Source of the DNA: Lytechinus pictus
Lineage: Eukaryota
Reading direction: 5' to 3'
NCBI RefSeq assembly: GCF_037042905.1
Contig: NC_087252.1
Coordinates: forward strand, 11,718,001 to 11,782,000
DNA length: 64,000 bases
The notes below the pieces were generated by a model that was not told where the DNA came from, did no database searches, and saw only the letters and a program-made list of their open reading frames with translations. Position 1 is the stretch's first letter. Every line of letters begins with the position of its first letter. The translations under genes were made by a program, and so were the position numbers. This document shows, piece after piece, positions 54,265 to 64,000 of the stretch.

Positions 54265-57096
54265 TCCTTTACAATTCATTATCATATCCTGTATCTACCA
54301 ACCAGAGGGCATTATAGTAAAATATAGTAGATTTATAAAGACTTACTCCTAAAAGCACTTTGTTCTACTCGCAGGTCAAGGCCAACTGTAGTATGATGTA
54401 ACACATTAACAAGAAATTCTATCTATATCAAGACATGTTAAGTTTTTAAAACTTATCATGCACCTACATGTATAATTGTAATGCAATTTAAAGACAAAGG
54501 ATATGATAACACAACTCATGAACAACACCATGTGAAACATATTGTTTATTTGTGCAGCTTTTATTGAGCGTGCCATCATAACATTACATAACATGCAGCA
54601 TGTCTTTCATTGTTTCAAAGGTAATGAAGGTGATTGTTGGAAACAAATCATGTCATGACTGAACTTTGATGAAGTTTTTGTGGAAAATCCCATGATAATA
54701 ACATATAAGAGTACCCCTATTATCCTTACATGATGTAATGACAATAGTTGTGTGCATTATTCATTAATATCTATTTTTTGTGTTGACTCGTTCTCATGTT
54801 GGTTTATATTCTCTGATATCATCAAGTGTAAATTAAGTTTTATCGCTGATGTGGACTTTACATGACAAACTCTTGTTACTATATTCTTAGATTTTCTTGT
54901 ATTCTTCAAAATCCCCTTTATATCATTCAGAGCAAATTGCTTCACTTTATTTGATAGAGTTTCATTGATAAAAAATAGACATGTTAGCATAAATACCACT
55001 TGGATTATTAACACACCATTTTGTTTCAAATACTATGAAAAGACACAGTATTTTGGGCTATTCCTGGAATACTACTCTACTGCTATACACATACATGTAT
55101 GTGAACTACTAATACAATCTTAGCTACGATATCAAAGTGACTATGCTTTGTGCAAGTTGGTGTACAAATTCGATTGCTGACTTTTTAGCATATTATACAC
55201 GATTTTAAATTTTGAAGTGAGCCAATGGAACCTGCCTTATGTGTTTTAAAAGGTGTATAATTCACCATTGGGCCATCGATGCCCTTGGTAATGTGTATTA
55301 ATGCACATAAGATTCAGTTTACAGTTCTTTCAACGACAATAGTATTGCATTGCAATTCCAAAGAATCATAACAAAACTGGAAATTGTATTTGTACATCTA
55401 ATGTACATCTAATATTAAAAAGAATAATGTTATCCAAAAATAGTAGACCCCTCTCTTCAGAATCCTATTTTAGTCCCGAGAGTCTAAGCTGACTTATGCT
55501 GAAACTAATTGTAAATGTAAGTTGAATCTATAGTGACTGTAAGGAAATATAATACATACATGTACGCATAGAAAATTCAATATATTAATATGCAGTTCAG
55601 CTAAACATTGTATTAACTTTGCACAGCAAGGTATAGTTTTGTACAGAAAATGATCGGTACTTGTAATAAATTTACAATATATGTAAATGACCATTCACAA
55701 GAAATGTAAGAATATACAAAATTACTGAGTACATTTTTTTCAAACACTTTATGATCTATGATTGGATAATAGTTTTAATTATAAATCAACTATTGCTAAA
55801 AGTACATGTTCATGATAATGGAGTAATAATATATGCATGAAAAGTGTAAATTTAAAGTTTAAGTGAACAACACGGAAAATAATGTTACAGAACAGATATG
55901 GTTCATACATGTAGATCTAAAATACCCAAGTCTGCAAAACATTGAGAATTAAATAAAATAGAACTATATTTTTGTAACGATTACTTTACAAGTATATGTC
56001 TGGAGTATCCTACACTTTTCATTATTTTATAGGTAATAATATTTTCCTTTTGTAAATTGACATGTATACTAAATTTGTGATTTATATAATTTCATAGTAC
56101 TATGTTTAAAATAAATTATGAAGTTGAATCACTTTTAAAAAGAATACTGCTGATTTAGGGTAAAAACTTCTAAATTTTTTTTTCATGATCAATTTGCACA
56201 TGCATAAAATATTATAATTTTCATTATAAATTTTAGCCAATAATATTTACTTTTTTGTTAATTCACATACTTCATTTGTAATCAATATAATTTCATAGTA
56301 CTATATTTGAAAAAAAACCCATGAATTTGACTCACTTTTGAAAAGAATGCAACTGATGGTTGAGGGTAAAATGAAATTAAGCAAATAAACTGTTTGTAGC
56401 GTGAATTGTAATTGGCACAATACTTTACTTATACTTGATGCAACAATACTCAGAAATACTTTAACATTAATGTCTGACAAATATTGGCTATAATGAACAT
56501 TAGCTGTATGAAAAAGAATGCCATCAACTACTTCACTTGTAGATATGTATAATCAAGATGTAAATAATATATATACATTAATTGCTACATTTACTTGTTA
56601 GCTCCTTCGGATGAAAATTTATATAGATTATCATTAGAAAGTTATTAAAACCTTATTGAAAACGAAATAAAATGTGTACTAGTTTTTGTAGTTATTGTGT
56701 ATTAAGAAATTGCTATTTACAAAAGTGAAAATAATATATGTAAAATTCTATCATTCTAAACATATTTGTAACCAGTAAAGGTTAGAAAAAGTAGGTTGAT
56801 GATGTTATAAGAATCTTAATATTCAGGACTACATCCGATATTGTTTTCTTTGTAAAACCTAATAGACTTTTAGTAACTGTCATTTACAAGTTGAGCTCTT
56901 TTATATAGTTCAATCCACTGCCAAAATTCGATGACAAATTCTCTTGCACATTAGGAGTGCCATAATTATTTTAGGTGGAATTCAGAGGTCACAATCTGGA
57001 GAACATTAAACATTCTGGAGAGTAGTACATTCTCAGCTTTCTAAGCCATCAACTGGCGATGCATTAAATTTTGTAAATTCTATTTCATATTGAGAG

Positions 57097-60000
57097 CTAA
57101 ATGCTGTACATTTCGAAGAAATTATAGGTGCCAGCCATCTGCTCAGCCCTTTCCTGTTCAGCCCGTTCCTGTTCTTTTCTCATTTTCACCAAGTAGTTAC
57201 CGTACATTGGTTGGCCGTCTGGCATAGTCGGTCCGATAGCTCCTTCTGATCTTCTGTTTCCTTCGGCTCTATAGGATGCATCATCCGCCTGTACCGGTGG
57301 TGGCATTCGGGCCTGTTCCTGCTTCCTCTGTTTGACTAAGTAGTTCCCGTACATTGGTTGGCCGTCGGGGGTTGTTGCATTTGTGTCCGAGTATTTTATC
57401 TCTCCCTTGCGATGTTTCGTGGCGTCTTTGTTGAGGGAGGCGTAGATGGTTGGTTCCTCTGTCTGTATAGGTGGGGCGTTAGGGGGATGAGTGCGGTTAT
57501 GAGCCACTGAGATGTATACCAAGCCATCCTCATCCACCTAGAATAGTGAAAAAATCAAATGAAGTCATACATATTGTGGATTGTTGATTTCATAGGGGCA
57601 GCATGGGATAGAAAATCATGTCTTTGATTTGAGTTGCATTTAAATTTTGTTGTAATTCATGTGTAAAACAAAAGAGTAAAAAACAAACATGGAAGTAAAG
57701 ATACTACCTGATTAAGACCTTTCAAAGCAAGTGCAAATGAATGTTCAACTTTAGTGAGTTTAACAAAGGATTTGTCTATTTTGATCATATACAATAAAAT
57801 AGAGGATGATGCAGTATACTGAAATTTAAAATGATGAAAACGACACCTGTACAATTATAAATGTAAAGTATCCCCCTCTATTTCTTACAAGTCAAATGTA
57901 CATGCTCTCACTTGTAATTGCTTTTTGCATATCATGATTTTGCTTCATACAACTATTGAAAATAATATCAAGCAGTGAGGTTAATTTTTTTAAATTTATT
58001 TTCTGCAGATCTAGTGAAAAAGTTTGTAAGATTTTTAAAATATATTCCTGAGTTATAGATTGTAATAGATGAAAATAATAAAGATGAAAAAAAAAAGTTT
58101 TAAGCATACCGATCTGCCTTCTGCTTGATCACCGTTATCTGCTTAGAGAACAAAAGAAATAAAAAGTACATAAACATTTCTGTTAGTTTGACAAGAATAT
58201 TTCAGTGTCATAAATATGATGACCTGATTTGAAAATGACAATTATGCATACTCAATTCTTGTAAACTTGCTTTGTGTAATCTTAAGTGTTTTCAATCCGT
58301 ATTTGAATCAAGTTTTTCATATTAAAATATTTTAATTTCATTAAGGTAACATTTTATCCTACTTCCAAATAATATTGACCATTTCTACTTAATTGCATTT
58401 GATTTTGATGAACCCTAATACCCTTAATCAGAAACTGCTGTATGGGTATATTGATGGTTTTTTAAACAAATTTTTTATATCCTTTACACTCTCTTTTACA
58501 TCTATCTCCTTGGCTAACGATTTGACTAACAAGTAAAATGCATAATAGTGAAAAGAGAATGTGGGATAAAGAGGAAGTGAAAGTGAAAGTATTTTTATGT
58601 GCAACTGGAGGACGTATCGGGGATAATAAAATATGAATAGTGAGGAGAGTAGAACAATGATAGCATATTGTAAAATGATGTACAAGCCAACAAATATCAT
58701 TCTAAACTCAGTGAAAACAAGAGAAAGTGAAAGACAAGGCAGCAACGTAGGCCTTTTGAGAGCACACACACAAAAACACCACATTGCAATACATTTAGGA
58801 AACACACACCCTGAAACATATAGAAATTTACTCGGAACATTCCCCACTTCCTTGTATTATATTGATGAAAACACACAATCTCTCTTCCCCCTTCTCTCAC
58901 TCTCACCTTCACACACGTGCGCCCCCATACACTTACGCGCCTCACACTCCTCTCTCATCTTTCGAATGTTGACCTTTAAGGTTAGTCCCGGAAGTAAATA
59001 ATTATATAAAAATGTTATGTACCTGTAAAACCCAACACACACACACACTCCCACATTCCTTAAGGACTATACGCACATGGAATAATACTGTCAATGAGGT
59101 TAGAAGGCAAATCCTGCACCCTCAATGTTTAGAGAAAAATAATCACACAAATACGCACCCTCACCCTCAAAATGCATTGAGTACACACTCCCACACCCCA
59201 CACCCTCAATATTTTTAGTGGAAAAGCACATCCACACTCAATGCATTAAAAACGTGCCCCGCATACTTTAATGTATAAAAAAAAACCATGCACATGAAAG
59301 AATATTGTCAATGAAAGATGACTTCACACACCCACACCCTCAATTGTTTTAGAGAATATCACACACTCAATGCATCCACTGCACACCCACATAATCTCAA
59401 TGTATTAAGAAACCATGCACATAGGATACTGAATATAAATGAATAATGATTTGAGGACACATACACACCTTTGATTCATGAACCCGCACCCACAAGGTGT
59501 TTAAAATTCACAAATGGTGCATTTCTGTCGAGGTGAAACCCCCCCCCCCCACACACACAGAATATGTATTGATAGGGAGAAACACACACACTCAAGGCTT
59601 TCTCGGGGGTGAATTGTTTGGTTAAAAACATACCTTTCTTCCGTTTGGTACAGCACATCAATCCATAAAAGTACATCAGACCAAGTGAGATTACTATGAT
59701 GACACCGATTGAAGCAATCACACCAATAGCAATTATCCTGTAAGGAGTTCCTCGATTATTTGGTGGAACTTTCTGACCAAGTTGATCTAGGATGAGAGGG
59801 TAAAACCCCGACCAATGAGATATTGTGAATACATCATCACGTTATAACCATTTCAAGAATCAATGTAATATCAGTGTGCATGATGGCCCCATATTTCATG
59901 AGCTTGAAATTTATAAAATGATAGGTGCAGTTATTACCTAATTGTTTAAGAGAGCAAATTAATTGTAGCGTTTATGTACCAAGTCCTACTTATGAGCCGA

Positions 60001-63000
60001 ACACAATTTATCCCACGCACAATGTCGCCATAAAAAACTCTCACACATGGTGATAACTGTTTGTAACTCACTCAACGCTCATACTCGCATTTGATCGACC
60101 CTCACACACATCCGCCCACACTTCTGATGCATACCTCTATCCATGTACACAGTGAGCCAATGGCCTATCCATACCCTCACATTTTGCACATCGCCAAATG
60201 TAATTATCCGTTCAATTTTATTTTCATATATGTATTTTACAACCATTTATTTAGTTCTCTTTCACTTTCCAATATAGATTTACTGCTGAATAAAAGTCAT
60301 GTAATAATCAATTAGGGTTCTGTTTATTGTTATTCTATTTTATCTGTAATAAAAAAAAACTCGATGAAAGAGACAGAAACGATGGAGAATATGTACAAAC
60401 GGTTACCTTTTATATCGGCTGGTTCACTGCACAATCCTCTCCCATAGGTCACCACAACTATGTCACCATCCGGGTCAATGTTGATCTCTGTCCCGGGGTC
60501 AATGCACTTTGTTTCATTCTGGAGGTGACAACTTTCTAGGGAGGTCATCCAAACGAAACAGACTTCATCCAACGACTGATTTGCTTCTGATATTTTAAGC
60601 ACTTGTCCCTCCTTGACTCGAGTAACGTTTACTCCTGTAACATGAAAATGAATGAAATTATAATAATAATAATAATTATACCTCACAATCACACCCGAAC
60701 ACAAAATATCAAATTTACTGTATATTTCTAGACATAATTTGAGAGATTAAATATTGATTAATAATTACACTTTAATCATAAAGCTGAAAAAAAAATATAA
60801 GAAATTTAAGCTACATTCACAAAGAAGAAATGAATAAGATCCAACCCGTGATACAATTTTGATAGAGTTATAATGCTTAGGAGTTTTTACTAAAAGAGGG
60901 AACAAACGTCTATTTCTTCCAAACTGTATGAAAGAAATACCCACCAAAATATATATTAAAAAGTCACACTTTTTAGTGCATTTAATGTAATACGATAAGC
61001 GATGTTTACTATTTTGCCTATTCGTTACCGTTTTACTCTCCTTGTGAGATCATGAATTTTTCTTTATCAAGAAGGAAGAGAATCATTAATGATTATAGAA
61101 ATGCCCAAATTATAACAACTGTCAAAGGCATTGTTTTTAAGTTTCTAAATATTGTTTTTTCATTATTTACTTATAAAGTGTCTTTCATTATTCAAACACC
61201 ATTCCAAATATTACCCCAGACTAGGAGGATTTTTCAAGTTGTTCATTCTGGATGGATTTGCAAGATCCATGTAGCGTGTTGTAGTGATGGCCATCTTTTT
61301 CAATACACGTATGCATAGAAAGTGAATGTTTTAATGTAAGAGGAGAGAAAGGAGAGAAGATGTAATTATTATAAAGCCTTATTCTTACCATAGTTCTCTG
61401 GTTGCAGTGCTGTATATAGCCCAACAAGGAAGCACAGTAGAGAAAAGAAACAGAAATACGATTCAATGACATTTCATAAGTGGTTCTTTATCTCGAGAAT
61501 TGTGTTTTGTGATGTTTCGATTTCAATGCAAGCATAGATGAAAATATCAAGTGGATGAGCCTTTTCATCAACTGAAACTATGTCTTGGTCACGATCATTA
61601 ATTAAACTTTGAATACAAGTTATGATAGATTGAACATGATGGAAAACATATTGCGACCATGATCATGCATGGTTCAATTTAACTTCATATTTTATAGTTA
61701 TACTAGAGAAACTGACTTGTTCTAGAAGCCTAAAAACAAGAAAATCTTTACTTCTTGTTACAGTATTAAAGATGAGAGACCTATTTAGAGAATGAAAGAC
61801 ATGGGAAAAATATCAAAATACTCTTGCGATGTTTCCCACTGTAAAGAAAATATAAGGAAAATACATGTACATATAATCCCGTACTGAAGAGGACGATTTT
61901 TTGGGGGGTTAATTGATAAAATGTTTATTATCCTTGGTAGAAAAGATGTTGATTGATTTCAATTAAGAAAATCTCATTGCTAAAAAAAAAAGCTTACGAG
62001 CTGTTGAAGCCACTATTGTCACCGTGCTGCTATTCCCTGCGCTGTTCTCTGCCCACAGTGTCAACCGGTACCAGGTGAAAGGATTCAGTCCGTTAAGTCT
62101 GAAAGATGACTTTGTCAAGTTGGTGAAAACACCACACTCGTCTTCCTTTGCCTTTGTGTCGTTGGTACAGTATTCCAAATTGAACGTCTGTTGAAACCCA
62201 CCATCGAACCCTGGTCGCCAGGCAACGAAGAGAGTTGAAGATGTCGTCTGGTTTTGGTGGACGATGAGCTGAGAAGGTGGATCTGGGATGGCTGTATGGA
62301 TTTACAAGGACTTGGTGTTAACGGTTGTGGGACAATAAGACAATAGTGTAAAGCAATCATTAACTACGCTAGGAAAGTACAGCAATATCACATTTCGGTT
62401 ACAAAGGATTCATTCCTCTAAGACATTTGGGGAAGGGGAGAATCATGGTTGATTAATGAAAATGTGCCTCGGCCTGATATCACAAGATTTACCAGAATAT
62501 AAGAGGACCATCGTCTCGCTATCGTTCCCAATCGTCGTCTCAGCAAAACATGTATAGTTCCCATCGTCTTCTGACGAAATATTAGAAATGATCAGAACAC
62601 TCGTAGTCAAGGTCTTTTCTTGTGATGGACTTTGGTGGATCTGATGACGGGCGCTGTTGTTGAGTTCTGTACCATTCCAGCGCCAGGATATCGAGGCTGT
62701 TGGTATACTATCTGATCTACATGTGAGGATGGCATTAATGCTCTTACGATCATTGAATAATCGACAGAGATTTTCAAAAGGACCCTGTTACCAGGGACGC
62801 CAATCGGCCGCTCACTACTGAACCCAAGTCCAACACGTTCCACTCTTGGTTTTTTACCTCATACTTTATTATGACTTTCTTATCCTTAATTTGGTCTACC
62901 AGGTTTTATTCAATAGCATGCCAAAGCGAAGATTAATGTTTGCGATCGTACTTACTAAATATATTTACCCATTTAGCCTATACGAAATGGGTAACTGTAT

Positions 63001-63709
63001 CGAGTAGATTGTAGTTAAACATCCGTTTGCTTAATCTATTGGGTGTACTTAACGATTTCATTACCTTCATGACTTTTTATATTTCTCTGCATGATCTGTT
63101 TGATTTTTTAACTTTAATGTCTAATATGTATACTAATATTTTTATTTTAAATTTTTGAATAATGAATACATATTGAAATAAAATGGAATATAATTTTGCA
63201 AATATTCCTCACATCTGTATTCGTTTGACGTGTTTATGCAACCTGTCACCATTGACTCACTCCCGTCCCTTGCGTCGTTGTTATGACTTGGTTTCTGAAA
63301 CAAGAAATACTTTTCCCTTTACAAAGGGTTGGGATAAGTCATACACCACATTGCTTTTAATCGGAGTGGGCTAGAACAGAAGGATACATTCTTGTCAACT
63401 TACACAAATTAAATATGATGACATCACTGTCTTTTCCAAGTGACGTTCCGGCCTCACAGACGTATTCTCCTTCATTTAAGTCGTCTGGATTCGTTATCAT
63501 CAGCGTACTTGTTCTAAGTGTTTCACTTCCTGGTCGGTCAAATTGATTGATTGTGACATCGGAAGCATTCTCCAATCTTGATCCATTGAAGAACCAGTGG
63601 ATGGAACTTGCTTTTGGTCTAGCATCTACCTGGCAGGAGAATATTACAGCGATGTCGCCAGCATCATCTGAAGTTCGACGCATCGATAGGTCCGCAATTG
63701 TTGGAGGAT
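57097..63709 (-). CDS. 3' part of a type I membrane IgSF/FN3 receptor (nephrin-like) with ITIM/ITSM-like cytoplasmic tail
   Basis: Exons: I-set 63709-63404; FN3 62291-61998; 21-nt exon 61409-61389 (PLQPENY); Cys-rich stalk 60634-60407; TM 59786-59634 (IIAIGVIASIGVIIVISLGLMYFYGLMCC-TKRKK); 58141-58110; terminal 57537-57097. All are ag/gt and phase-compatible. The 5' exons lie beyond 64000. Confidence 0.88.
62493..62770 (-). pseudogene. 5'-truncated I-set exon inside the receptor gene
   Basis: Open frame RLFNDRKSINAILTCRSDS...WNGTELNNS...DDGNYTCFAETT...LLYS-G|gtaaat, closely similar to the I-set exons of V2 and V6. The first ~10 codons and the native acceptor are replaced by unrelated sequence. 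Confidence 0.7.
62772..63190 (+). mobile_element. Probable retroelement 3' fragment abutting the truncated I-set exon
   Basis: Abrupt loss of Ig homology at about 62771, followed by T-rich sequence ending in aataaa. Family not identifiable by eye. Confidence 0.35.
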
Positions 63710-64000
63710 CTGTACATTAAATGTAATACATATACGACGTAAGATGTAGAACACCGAACGGTGTGGAATGAACGAAGACAAAGGATCTGAGCTTCATGCT
63801 TCGAAACTTATGATGACTGGTGTTAAATGACAATTTTTCATCTTGACTCAAGTTCATTTAGTTTAAAAGACAAAGAAAAGGGGTAAAATAAACATTTTCA
63901 TTATATGTAATGTCAGTGAATGTTCTGACTTATCTAGTGCTACTTGAAATTGAAGGATAAACAATATCAAGCTCACAATGAATTTAATAACCCATTGTTT

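Noticed and set aside
57097-62291. The TM/cytoplasmic exons as the shared constant region for the cassettes at 1-41 kb
   Set aside because: They lie transcriptionally upstream of those cassettes on the same strand, so ordinary cis-splicing cannot join them.
1-64000. Prokaryotic features (operons, CRISPR arrays), rRNA or tRNA genes
   Set aside because: The sequence is spliceosomal-intron-rich animal DNA. I recognised no repeat-spacer array or structured RNA gene.

Overview
AT-rich, intron-containing animal genomic DNA. It is probably an invertebrate deuterostome such as a sea urchin; this is inferred from the repeat types and gene families, not proven. Most ORF-track entries are single exons or noise. 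Three things are present. (1) Positions 1-43 kb, minus strand: a tandem array of nine Ig-superfamily ectodomain cassettes (V1-V9 in transcription order). Each has its own signal-peptide start and an intact V-set exon, followed by 1-4 C2-set/I-set exons (V9 runs off the window edge) and sometimes an FN3 remnant. All junctions are phase 1. Every leader and V exon is intact, but downstream exons are often dead (stop, frameshift, transposon insertion, lost donor), and no cassette has a transmembrane or cytoplasmic exon. (2) Positions 44.1-54.3 kb, plus strand: the last five coding exons of a PROSER3-like gene, with no 5' end in the window. (3) Positions 57.1-63.7 kb, minus strand: the complete 3' end of a membrane receptor of the same Ig family (I-set, FN3, Cys-rich stalk, TM, and a tail with ITIM, ITSM-like and two YxN motifs). 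Best candidate for a novel system: a clustered variable-cassette/shared-constant-region IgV receptor locus, with alternative-promoter logic like clustered protocadherins or chelicerate sDscam. It shows hypervariable, often Cys-stapled C'-C'' loops and a degenerate CTCF-like motif about 220-270 bp upstream of most start codons. Several non-autonomous DNA transposons, LINE fragments, a solo LTR and simple or tandem repeats are also present.
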